From: Candidatus Omnitrophota bacterium
GTDB lineage: Bacteria; Omnitrophota; Gorgyraeia; Zapsychrales; Zapsychraceae
NCBI GenBank assembly: GCA_016214285.1
Contig: JACROV010000012.1
Coordinates: forward strand, 1 to 63,973
DNA length: 63,973 nucleotides
Reading direction: 5' to 3'
Numbering within the stretch: the stretch's first letter is position 1; every line of letters starts with the position of its first letter. Below the pieces are notes generated by a model that had not been told where the DNA came from, did no database searches, and was given only the letters and a program-made list of their open reading frames with translations. The translations under genes were made by a program, and so were the position numbers. Positions 27,601 through 36,496 of the stretch are shown here, in pieces.

Positions 27601-28071
27601 TTATTCCGTCGCGAGTTTATATCCGTTTTCTCCGGGGAGCTTGCCGTCGACCTTTAAAATCTTCACGCTGTCATCCGCGTAAGAGGCATCGATATACCCC
27701 ACGGCATTGGGGACCTGCCGTACAAATGTTTTAAGCGATTGGTCGGAGGTAAAAATCTTGGGAAATGATGTAATGTCCCCTTGATAAATTTTGGTCAACC
27801 AGAATTTTTTCAGTTCATTTTCATCCATTTTATAGACCATTTTGAGGACCGCTTCTTTCACCGCGGATTGGGACCCCCGCCCAACGATGTAGATCTGCTT
27901 TCCGTCATCCCAGAGTTTTTTTTCTATTTTAAAGATTCGAACCAGGTCGTTAAAGGAAACATCCTCGATAGCATTAGCCTTGTTGACGATGATGGCGATC
28001 TCCCCGCCGTAACCCGGCCTTGCCCACGCGAAAAATATGCTCAACAATATTAAAATGATATATTTTTTCAT
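27601..28071 (-). CDS. Small periplasmic binding-protein-like (PstS-related) protein
   Basis: Signal peptide, IAIIVNKAN, FVRQVPNAVGYID and VKILKVDG. Confidence 0.7.
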   Translation of the reverse strand: MKKYIILILLSIFFAWARPGYGGEIAIIVNKANAIEDVSFNDLVRIFKIEKKLWDDGKQIYIVGRGSQSAVKEAVLKMVYKMDENELKKFWLTKIYQGDITSFPKIFTSDQSLKTFVRQVPNAVGYIDASYADDSVKILKVDGKLPGENGYKLATE

Positions 28072-28086
28072 CTTGCTCCCCTGCCA

Positions 28087-29301
28087 TTAAAACGCGAACG
28101 ATGACTGGATGGCCGCCTCGTTGTTTTTGGAATTGTCCTTGTCGCTATGACGATATTCGAGCTTGATCGCGTTAAACGCCGTCACTTCATAGCGGATGCC
28201 CAGCGTATGCGACGTTTCATCCTCAACCAACCCTTCATAAAAAGGGTCCCGGTCGGAAATGTTCAGCAAGTCAAAGCGGACATAGGGTTTGTATTTGCCC
28301 ATCTTGTAAGCCAGTTGCCCGTAACCGCCGACGGTTTCATCTCTCATGCCGGTCGCGTGGTTAAAGTGATTTATGAACTGCCCTTCCAGAATAGCTTCAA
28401 ACGGATCCTTGAGATAGAAGAGGTGGGCCCCTGACAGGTTTTCGTCGATCTCGGCCCCGCGGTTGGCGGTGCCCGCCCTTGCGGGTATAGTATCATGCAG
28501 ATAATTAACGCCGAACCCCAGGCCTTCAACGGCGGCAGGCTTGTAGGTCAACATACCCCCGGCCATTTTACTGTCATTGTCATCCTGGACCAGTTGCACC
28601 TCATGGGCGATTTTTCCGCGGCCGTTGGCCAGATCTGAAACGTAGCTTAATGTCCCGCCCGGCATGTCCAGGGTGCCGCTGAATTCCAGGCCGACAAAGT
28701 GCGTCGGCAAAATACCGCCGTCATCTTCAAAACGGTAAATAGCGGGCCTGTCGGTTGTCGTCTCCAGCCATCTCCCGTGATGAAAGGTCTGGTTCCAGTA
28801 CCCCATCGCCGTATGCCCCCGTCCGATCGACACATTAAATTTATCATTGGCCGCGTATTTGAGCAAAACACGCTCAACATCCAGCTCATTGACCCCATCC
28901 GCCTCGAGCTCAAAGGTCGTTTCATTCAAAAATGAAATTTTGTCGCGGATTTGAGAAGTAATAAATAAATCCACACCCCCAACGGTAAAGTGATTCGTGT
29001 CGCCGGAAGTGCCATCAGAAAAATCAGACCGAGAATAATCGTACTGCACGTGGCCAAACCCGCGCAGGGTCAATTTTGGGGCAGAGGTCTTTTCTTCTTC
29101 GTTGCTCGCTTCTGTGACGGCGGGTTCGGGGGTGGTGGCGGCCGTCTGCAACTGTCCCCTCATTTCGTTAACGATCCGGGTGAGATCTTCGACCTTTTTT
29201 TCAAGCTCGCGGATGCGCTCGTTGTCATCACAATAACCCAAGAGAGGACTTCCCAGGAATAACAAAAATACGAAGATAATAAACGTCCTGTTTTTGACCA
29301 T
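28087..29301 (-). CDS. Outer-membrane porin-like protein with an N-terminal coiled coil
   Basis: Signal peptide, RIRELEKKVEDL, beta-strand pattern, GRGHTAMGYWN; ends QSSFAF. Confidence 0.75.
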   Translation of the reverse strand: MVKNRTFIIFVFLLFLGSPLLGYCDDNERIRELEKKVEDLTRIVNEMRGQLQTAATTPEPAVTEASNEEEKTSAPKLTLRGFGHVQYDYSRSDFSDGTSGDTNHFTVGGVDLFITSQIRDKISFLNETTFELEADGVNELDVERVLLKYAANDKFNVSIGRGHTAMGYWNQTFHHGRWLETTTDRPAIYRFEDDGGILPTHFVGLEFSGTLDMPGGTLSYVSDLANGRGKIAHEVQLVQDDNDSKMAGGMLTYKPAAVEGLGFGVNYLHDTIPARAGTANRGAEIDENLSGAHLFYLKDPFEAILEGQFINHFNHATGMRDETVGGYGQLAYKMGKYKPYVRFDLLNISDRDPFYEGLVEDETSHTLGIRYEVTAFNAIKLEYRHSDKDNSKNNEAAIQSSFAF

Positions 29302-29303
29302 TT

Positions 29304-31943
29304 TCAGATCTCCTTCTCTTGTCGCGTGTAATCCATCTGGATGGGCAGCATGACGGTAAAGGTCGCCCCTTCCCCTGCCTTTGACCGCACCGTTATGTCC
29401 CCGCCATGTTTTTTGACGATCTCATAACTGACGCTTAACCCCAGGCCGGTCCCCTGCCCCACGGGTTTTGTCGTAAAGAACGGGTCGAATATTTTATTCA
29501 AAATTTCCGGAGGAATCCCCTTGCCGGTATCGCGCACGTCGACGCACACGAATCCGTCCTGCGTGTAGGTCTTGATCGCGATGGTGCCGGTCCCTTCAAT
29601 GGCGTGCAGTGCGTTGACGATCAGATTGATGAACACCTGTCCCAGCCGCCGGGGGCTGCACTCGATGAGCGGCGTGTCGCCGTAATCTTTTTCCAGCTCG
29701 GCCTTGTATTTGATCTCGCTGTGGACGATCGCGAGGATGCCCTCGATGACATCTTCGATCTTGACATGTTCCATCTCATTTTTGTCTTCCCGGGCGAAGG
29801 TGCGCAGGTCCATGACAATCTTCTGGATACGCCCGATCCCTTTGCGGTTGTGCTCCAGCAATTTGGGAGTGTCGCTGATGATATAATCCAGGTTAATCTC
29901 TTTTTTCGTTTTGGTAATTTCTTCAGCGACGGTTTTTGCTTCCGCCAAATCCCCCTGGATAACACTTTCCTTGAGATGGTCCGTCATTTTCAGGATTTTG
30001 GCATAATCGGCTATGTATTGCTCCAGTATTTCCATGTTATTGTTGATGAACCCAACCGGGTTATTGATCTCGTGCGCGACTCCGGCGGCCAGGTGTCCGA
30101 TAGAGGCCAGTTTCTCGGACTGGACGAGCTGGTTCTGCGTCTCCTTAAGTCTGTCATGGGTATTGTTGAGATCATTGAACGTCTGGCGAAGGGCTTTTTC
30201 TCTTTCCGCGAGTTCTTTATGCGCGTTGGTCAACTCATCCTCCTTCGCTTTGCGCTGTGTGACGTCGCGGACGAAAGCGTGGAATTGGTGTTTCTCGTCG
30301 ACGCGCGTGCACCAGATGGTGATTTCGATGGGGAACTCATGGCCGTCACGGTGCAGCGCGGAAAGTTCCAGTGTCTTTTCGAGCACCACGCTTTCGCCGG
30401 TAACAAGGAAATGTTTCAGCCCTGCCGTGTGTCTCGCGCGGTATTGCTCGGGGATGATTATTCCCGTGAGTTGTTTCCCGATGACCTCCCGGCGGGGCCA
30501 TCCGAAGATGCGTTCCGCCGCGGGGTTCCATTCCACGATGGAATTGTTCTCATCAATGGAGACGAAGATGTCGTTCGAGGTTGTGAGGATGCTTTCAAAG
30601 TAGCTTTTGGAGACGGACGTTTCCCTGAGATTTTCAATCAATTCATGAAAACTTCGCGCGAAGTCTCCGATCTCGTTTTTCAGTCCCCGGAGTCCAGGGC
30701 CGATGTCGAAATTCGGGTCCCGGGGTGAGAATTTTTTTATGCGGTCCAGCGCGGTTTTTAAAGGGGTGGTAACGTTATGGAACATGTAGATCCCCGCGGC
30801 GATGACAAGAGCAGACCCGAGCGTGACTAAAACCGGCGCCAGAGCGATAAGGGTATCGGTGGATATCAATCCCACGAATTCGAAATATTCAACGGCGGCG
30901 TGAACCGTCATGCCGGAAAAAAGTCCGCATCCCAGGAAGATCAGCCCTCTTCGCAATAGCCGGGACCCTGATGCCAGAAGAAAAATAATGAAGGTCATTA
31001 TGCCCGCGGTCGCCACCGCGACAAGGTTCAAAATGGCGGAGCGGACTTTTTCCCTGACGCTCCCCGAATATATTATCAGTTCCTGCGCGATATAGTCCCC
31101 GACCTCTTTGAGGGCGTCGATTTTCTCTGTGGCCATCTTGAACCAGAACGAAGGGTCCACGTCCCACGGCCCTTGCGCGTTTCTAAAGGCGAGGCCCCGC
31201 ATCTTCTCAATTTCGTCCATAAACGGTCTTCGCATTTTGCGGGAGTAATAATCCTTCTGGCCGGGGGACGCGTAGGACAGAAAATTCTCGACGAAGATGT
31301 CCTGGGCGGTTGCCGCCGCCTGGGCCGTCCGGAGACCCCACGGATCGGAGGTGTTTTTGATGAAAAGGCTGTAGAGTGCCGCCCGTTCCAGGCCGGCGTT
31401 TTCCTTGACATAGAGCAGGTTCAGGTAAGCGGTCAGGGATGGAAAGAATTCGCTCTTTGTCATCAAGGGCGGGATGCGGGAAATGATCCGCAGGAGGGAA
31501 TCGTTCAGCCGCGAGTAGTAGTCAAGGGTTTGTCGCGCGGAAAAATTCGCGGTATCGACCGACTGTCTTACGCCTTCGAGGCCGGCCATGTTCTTCCACA
31601 CGGTGTTGATGGCCCCGGTCAATTCAGCGTCGGCAATCGCTTTCTTGTTCCGGGACAGGTAATCCGTCATTTCCCCGGCCGCCGTGTCCGTTTTACCTCT
31701 TTGCTTTTTCAGTTCCGCGTGGAGGACGTCGCCCCCCCCCGCCACGAAACCGACGGATTTCCCTCTTTCGGATTGTAATTCATGTATCAGGGAACCCGTC
31801 TTGACGGCGAATTCACATAATTGCCGCAGGGAAGCCGCCTGGCGCGCGATGTGGATCTGTCCCGCGATGATATAGGCCAGGAACAAAAACAGCCCGATCA
31901 GGGGGATCGCGGACACCATGATAAATTTGCGGAGTGTTTTCAT
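29304..31943 (-). CDS. NIT (nitrate/nitrite-sensing) domain histidine kinase with HAMP and PAS
   Basis: [12 protein letters not shown] and [12 protein letters not shown] motifs, [27 protein letters not shown]. Confidence 0.88.
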   Translation of the reverse strand: MKTLRKFIMVSAIPLIGLFLFLAYIIAGQIHIARQAASLRQLCEFAVKTGSLIHELQSERGKSVGFVAGGGDVLHAELKKQRGKTDTAAGEMTDYLSRNKKAIADAELTGAINTVWKNMAGLEGVRQSVDTANFSARQTLDYYSRLNDSLLRIISRIPPLMTKSEFFPSLTAYLNLLYVKENAGLERAALYSLFIKNTSDPWGLRTAQAAATAQDIFVENFLSYASPGQKDYYSRKMRRPFMDEIEKMRGLAFRNAQGPWDVDPSFWFKMATEKIDALKEVGDYIAQELIIYSGSVREKVRSAILNLVAVATAGIMTFIIFLLASGSRLLRRGLIFLGCGLFSGMTVHAAVEYFEFVGLISTDTLIALAPVLVTLGSALVIAAGIYMFHNVTTPLKTALDRIKKFSPRDPNFDIGPGLRGLKNEIGDFARSFHELIENLRETSVSKSYFESILTTSNDIFVSIDENNSIVEWNPAAERIFGWPRREVIGKQLTGIIIPEQYRARHTAGLKHFLVTGESVVLEKTLELSALHRDGHEFPIEITIWCTRVDEKHQFHAFVRDVTQRKAKEDELTNAHKELAEREKALRQTFNDLNNTHDRLKETQNQLVQSEKLASIGHLAAGVAHEINNPVGFINNNMEILEQYIADYAKILKMTDHLKESVIQGDLAEAKTVAEEITKTKKEINLDYIISDTPKLLEHNRKGIGRIQKIVMDLRTFAREDKNEMEHVKIEDVIEGILAIVHSEIKYKAELEKDYGDTPLIECSPRRLGQVFINLIVNALHAIEGTGTIAIKTYTQDGFVCVDVRDTGKGIPPEILNKIFDPFFTTKPVGQGTGLGLSVSYEIVKKHGGDITVRSKAGEGATFTVMLPIQMDYTRQEKEI

Positions 31944-31964
31944 CGGGAAGAAACGGAAAACCTT

Positions 31965-33824
31965 TCAGGTTTGTTTGACGATATCATTTTCCAGCCATTC
32001 GTATTCTTTTGCCAAAAGTTTGTTGGCGACGCCAAGCGTCTGGCGGTCATGGTTGTTGTGGCTGCTGCGAAAGAGTCCCTCAACCCGCTCTTGTGCCGTG
32101 CGGCAGTAGAGATCGGCCAGATCAAAGGCATTATCTTGTTGCGGTTTGTTCTTGATCAGATAGCCGGCCCAGGCGCAACACGCGGCCATGACAAAAAGTT
32201 CGACGCCAATGTCAACGACGCGGTTCAAAATGGCTTGTTTGGATTCCAGTTTCTTTTGATGGCGGAGCATCGCGTGGAAGATCGTCCGGGCCAGGCGCCG
32301 GCTTGTTCGCTGGATATAAGCGTTGTGCGGGTTCAGCCGCGCGTCCATCTCCGGCAGGCGCGTTTCGAAAGGCATCCAGGTCCGCGGATACCAGAGGAAA
32401 TAATAGCGCGACGCGTGAAATGCCGCGGTCAGTTTCTCTGTAACGGATGTTTTGGGGCTTAAGAACGCTTTAATTTTATCCAGATGCGGGTCGAGAGCCT
32501 CACGGGCGATAAAAAGGCGCATGATCTCGGAGGTCCCCTCGATGATCAGGTTAATGCGCACGTCACGCAAAACCCGCTCGACGGGCCAGTCGTGCTGGCC
32601 CCTGGCTTTGAGCGACGCTTGTGTTTCGTAACCCTGCCCGCCGCGGATCTGCAGTGTTTCATCGGCGATCCGCCAGCTGTGGCGGGTGCAGAAATATTTG
32701 GCGATCGCCGCTTCAAGGCGGATGTCCTTGTCCTTGTCATCGGCCATCGCGCAGGTCAGCCAGCCAAGCGCGTCTTGCGCGAAGGTATGGCTGGCGATGT
32801 ACCCGAGCTTGAGGGCAATGCTTTCATGCTCACCGATACTCGTCCCCCATTGCCGGCGCTCCAGCGACCACTGGCGGACCACCCCCAGGCACCACTTGCT
32901 GATGCCCGTCGAGGCCGCCGGAAGCGTGAGCCGCCCGGTGTTAAGGGTCATCAGGGCCAGCTTGAGGCCCTCCCCTTCGCCCAGGATGATATTTTCCTTC
33001 GGGACTTTGACGTTGGTAAAGCGCAGCAGGCCGTTCTGGATGCCGCGCAGGCCCATGAACATGCAGCGGTGGACGGTTTCGAATCCGGGCGTATCGGTCT
33101 CCACGATAAAGGCGGTGATCTGTTTGTGGTCTTTCCCGTGGACGATCTTCGGCGGCGTGACCGCCATCACGACGATCACTTTGGCGATGGGGCCGTTGGT
33201 GCACCAGAGTTTCTCGCCGTTGATGAGAAAATGTTTGCCGTCTTCAGTCGGGGTGGCGGTGGTGGTCATCCGTCGGGGGTCGGAACCGGCCTGCGCCTCG
33301 GTCAAGGCGAACGCCGAAATGGCGCCTTTGGCGAACATCGGGAGATATTTGGCCTTTTGTTCTTCGGTACCGAACAATTTCAGGGGCTGAGGGACTCCGA
33401 TACTCTGGTGGGCCGAGAGCAAAACGGCGGTCGAACCGCAGTAGCTGGCCGCCAGATGGATCGCGCGGCTATAATTGACCTGGCTCATCTCCAGCCCGCC
33501 GTATTTTTTCGGGATCTTGATGGCAAACGCGCCTAAATCCGCGAGGCCTTTTATAACACTGTCCGGGATGATGCCGGTCTGGTCGACGGCGTTGGGGTCC
33601 AGGCTGCTTTTCAGAAAGGCTTCGAGTTTTTGAAGAAAGGCGTCGCCCTTGCGTTTGTCTTCATCCGGCTGGGCCGGAAACGGATGGATGAGCGGCCAGT
33701 CCACTTTGCCGTGGAAGATCTGCAGCGCGAAACTGGGATGTTTCCATTCCGTCTCGCGCGACTGTTCGGCGAATTCCAGAGAAGCTTTCTTTTCTTCGCT
33801 GATATTTTTGTCGTAAAGACTCAT
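31965..33824 (-). CDS. Acyl-CoA dehydrogenase (long-chain / FadE-like)
   Basis: FALTEAQAGSD, INGEKLWCTNG, LNTGRL, RRQWG and IIEGTSEI. Confidence 0.93.
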   Translation of the reverse strand: MSLYDKNISEEKKASLEFAEQSRETEWKHPSFALQIFHGKVDWPLIHPFPAQPDEDKRKGDAFLQKLEAFLKSSLDPNAVDQTGIIPDSVIKGLADLGAFAIKIPKKYGGLEMSQVNYSRAIHLAASYCGSTAVLLSAHQSIGVPQPLKLFGTEEQKAKYLPMFAKGAISAFALTEAQAGSDPRRMTTTATPTEDGKHFLINGEKLWCTNGPIAKVIVVMAVTPPKIVHGKDHKQITAFIVETDTPGFETVHRCMFMGLRGIQNGLLRFTNVKVPKENIILGEGEGLKLALMTLNTGRLTLPAASTGISKWCLGVVRQWSLERRQWGTSIGEHESIALKLGYIASHTFAQDALGWLTCAMADDKDKDIRLEAAIAKYFCTRHSWRIADETLQIRGGQGYETQASLKARGQHDWPVERVLRDVRINLIIEGTSEIMRLFIAREALDPHLDKIKAFLSPKTSVTEKLTAAFHASRYYFLWYPRTWMPFETRLPEMDARLNPHNAYIQRTSRRLARTIFHAMLRHQKKLESKQAILNRVVDIGVELFVMAACCAWAGYLIKNKPQQDNAFDLADLYCRTAQERVEGLFRSSHNNHDRQTLGVANKLLAKEYEWLENDIVKQT

Positions 33825-33982
33825 TGGGCCTTAAGCACGAAATCCGATCGATATTCGATCTTCGAATTCACAAGTCCTTCTTTCCAGGGAGTTTATACAA
33901 GCAATTGTAGTATAAATATAATAGGTTCTAAATGCAACGACAGGATTGGATTTTTATTCGTTCTCATTCGGCCCGGAATTAT

Positions 33983-35020
33983 TCAAGGAGTTAACAACAC
34001 TAACGTTTCGACATGCCGCGTTTTTGGGAAAAAGTCGAACGGCATGATTTTTTCAACCTTCCAGCCGTGGTCAATAAATCCGTTCAGATCCCGGGCCAGC
34101 GCTTGCGGATTGCAGGAAAGATAAAATAGATGCGTGAATCCCTTTGCATGGACCATCGTATCAAGGGCCTGCGGGCTTAATCCGGCGCGCGGCGGGTCAA
34201 TGATGGCCACTTTCGGGATCGTGGAATTGTCCCGCGCCAGCAGAGGCGGCAAGACCTCCTCCATGCGTCCGGCCATGATCTCCATATGCGTCAGACGATT
34301 GTATCCAACATTGTGTTGCGCAAGTTTGATCGACGGCAGGCTTTCCTCGATCAGGACGGCTTTGCGGGTTTGCCGGGTGAGCGCCAGACTGAAAAGTCCA
34401 ACGCCCGCGTAAAGGTCATACAGGACGGGTTTTATTTGCCAGCAATCAAAAGCGGAGATGCGTTCAAAGAGTTTCGGCAGGATCGAGAGATTGGCCTGAA
34501 AGAATGTGTCGAGGGAATAAAATATTTTCTTTCCGTCGAGGAGCGTCCATAAATAATCGTCGGGATTCAAGCGGCACGAACGCTTGCCGATCCCGCCCCA
34601 GAGGACTTTCGCGTCATCCCCGGTCCGGATCACGATGTTGGCCCGGCGGTAATTCGGCACCGGGTTTTGTTCAAGCCGTTTTTTTAACTCCGGGATGAAT
34701 CCGGAAATGGATTTTTCGGCGATCGAACAGCCTTCCACGGCGGCAATGCCGCGGCCGGATCCCGGCGTAAATCCTAGCAGGATCCGTTCATCCCGTGTGC
34801 GGATAAATTTTAAATCGAGGCGGTTGCGGTAATGATAAGGCTTGGGCGAGGCCACGATCTGTTCGAAGAGGCCGTTCGTAACGCGGGGATTTTTTTGGAG
34901 CAGATCTTTGACAAACGCGTCTTTGCGTTCCAGTTCTTTTTCGTACGGGATATCCTGATACGCGCATCCCCCGCATTCCCCGAAGGCCGGGCATAAAGGC
35001 TGAATGTTCATTGATGCCAT
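33983..35020 (-). CDS. rlmD: RNA (uracil-5)-methyltransferase, RlmD/TrmA family, without TRAM domain
   Basis: CPAFGECGGC Fe-S motif, YRNR, FFQAN, DLYAGVG, DPPRAGL, LSCNP and DFFPKTRHVE. Confidence 0.85.
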   Translation of the reverse strand: MASMNIQPLCPAFGECGGCAYQDIPYEKELERKDAFVKDLLQKNPRVTNGLFEQIVASPKPYHYRNRLDLKFIRTRDERILLGFTPGSGRGIAAVEGCSIAEKSISGFIPELKKRLEQNPVPNYRRANIVIRTGDDAKVLWGGIGKRSCRLNPDDYLWTLLDGKKIFYSLDTFFQANLSILPKLFERISAFDCWQIKPVLYDLYAGVGLFSLALTRQTRKAVLIEESLPSIKLAQHNVGYNRLTHMEIMAGRMEEVLPPLLARDNSTIPKVAIIDPPRAGLSPQALDTMVHAKGFTHLFYLSCNPQALARDLNGFIDHGWKVEKIMPFDFFPKTRHVETLVLLTP

Positions 35021-35784
35021 AATACCCGCGCCATCAGGAGAGCCACCATGATCCGGTAGACCCCAAAGGGCGTAAAATCAAAACGGCCGATAAAACGGAT
35101 AAACCAGCGGACCGCCAAAACCGCCACGGCCCACGACACCGCAAAGCCGGTCAGCAATATCATCCATTGCCCGGGCGCGATGGGCGCGTCGGTTTTCAGC
35201 AGATCCAGTACCGTCGCCGCCAGCATGGTCGGTATGGCTAATAAAAATGAGAACTCGACGATGGTTTTACGGCCCACCCCGCAACACAGGCCGCTGATAA
35301 TCGTGGCCGCCGAGCGGGACACGCCGGGGATGACCGCCAGGGATTGCGCGGCGCCGATCATAAACGCGTGCGCAAAGCGGATCTGTCTGATTTCATTTAC
35401 TGTCGCCGGACGAGATTTTAAAAAGCGTTCAAAGACAATCAGCAGCACCCCGCCAATGCCCAGCGCTGCCACCGGGATCCACACGTGAGCCAATAAGACA
35501 TGTTTGATGATTTTATACAAAACCAGGCCGATCATCGCGGTCGGCAGAAACGCCGTCATGATCCGGGCGGCGATTTCCCTGTCCAGCAAAAATACGCGTC
35601 CATACATCCCCGCCACCGCCGAGATCGCCCCCAGTTGAATGGCGATCTCAAACGTTTTTAAAAACGGTGTCGGCTCAAGCCCCATGAGATGAGAGGCGAT
35701 CATCATATGGCCCGTTGAGGAAATGGGCAAGAATTCGCTTACCCCTTCCACAATCCCTAAAATAACCGCGTGTATCCAATCCAT
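35008..35784 (-). CDS. uppP: Undecaprenyl-diphosphate phosphatase
   Basis: GIVEGVSEFLPISSTGH, IQLGA, PGVSRSAATI and FSFLLAIP. Confidence 0.95.
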   Translation of the reverse strand: MDWIHAVILGIVEGVSEFLPISSTGHMMIASHLMGLEPTPFLKTFEIAIQLGAISAVAGMYGRVFLLDREIAARIMTAFLPTAMIGLVLYKIIKHVLLAHVWIPVAALGIGGVLLIVFERFLKSRPATVNEIRQIRFAHAFMIGAAQSLAVIPGVSRSAATIISGLCCGVGRKTIVEFSFLLAIPTMLAATVLDLLKTDAPIAPGQWMILLTGFAVSWAVAVLAVRWFIRFIGRFDFTPFGVYRIMVALLMARVLWHQ

Positions 35785-35834
35785 TTTTTATTCCACATTC
35801 ACTTGGGGCTCCCCGGGGGGCCTTTGGATATTTC

Positions 35835-36392
35835 TCATCGTATCCGGAAGGAATTCATGATGCGCTCCGCTTCCGCTAAATGTCGTTCATATCCGGAGGA
35901 GATCGCCGTGTACGTGATCTGGTACGCGGTCGTTCCCGCCAGTGTCCAGCGGCATTGGTACTGAAAGTTGCCGTCAGGCCCTTTGCCGATGAAAATGAAT
36001 TGATGCGCCGGGCGATGGTCGATCGATATCCTCGTCGAACCCAATATTTCCAGGTTGGTCCCGAAAACGGCATTCATTTGGCCGATCGCGGTTTCGGTAT
36101 ATTTCTCGAGGGTCATGGGTTTTTGCGAAATATCCCGGACGACAATGTTGACGTTCTCCCTGAAAATATCCAGCGCGTTCTCTTTCGGTGAATAAAAGAT
36201 CGCCGCCGCTCCGCGCTGGTTCTCCGCGAACGACCACGCGGCCGGGTATTTGAGCGCGAAGCCGTATTGCGCGTTCTCGTAGCCGAGCGACCAGTACGGT
36301 TTTACAAAGAACCACCCGACCGCAAGAATGAGGACCAGCCCGATAGCTCCGGCAATGATGGCGATGATAGTTTGTCGTTGTCGGCGTCGCAT
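35835..36392 (-). CDS. Membrane-anchored PsbP/DcrB-like protein
   Basis: N-terminal TM, YGFALKYPAAW, FRENVNI and AYQITYTA. Confidence 0.65.
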   Translation of the reverse strand: MRRRQRQTIIAIIAGAIGLVLILAVGWFFVKPYWSLGYENAQYGFALKYPAAWSFAENQRGAAAIFYSPKENALDIFRENVNIVVRDISQKPMTLEKYTETAIGQMNAVFGTNLEILGSTRISIDHRPAHQFIFIGKGPDGNFQYQCRWTLAGTTAYQITYTAISSGYERHLAEAERIMNSFRIR

Positions 36393-36399
36393 GATTAAA

Positions 36400-36480
36400 T
36401 AGGTTATCCGGTTAACCGGTTATCCGTGACTTGGAAATCCGGATAGCCGGATCTCCGGATTCCCGGATAAGCGGAACGAA
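36400..36480. repeat. Heptamer-periodic inverted repeat H7 (CCGGATA type)
   Basis: ggttatc cggttaa ccggtta tccg ... ccggata gccggat ctccgga ttcccgg ataagcgg. Confidence 0.7.
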
Positions 36481-36496
36481 GCGTTGAAAATGCCGG

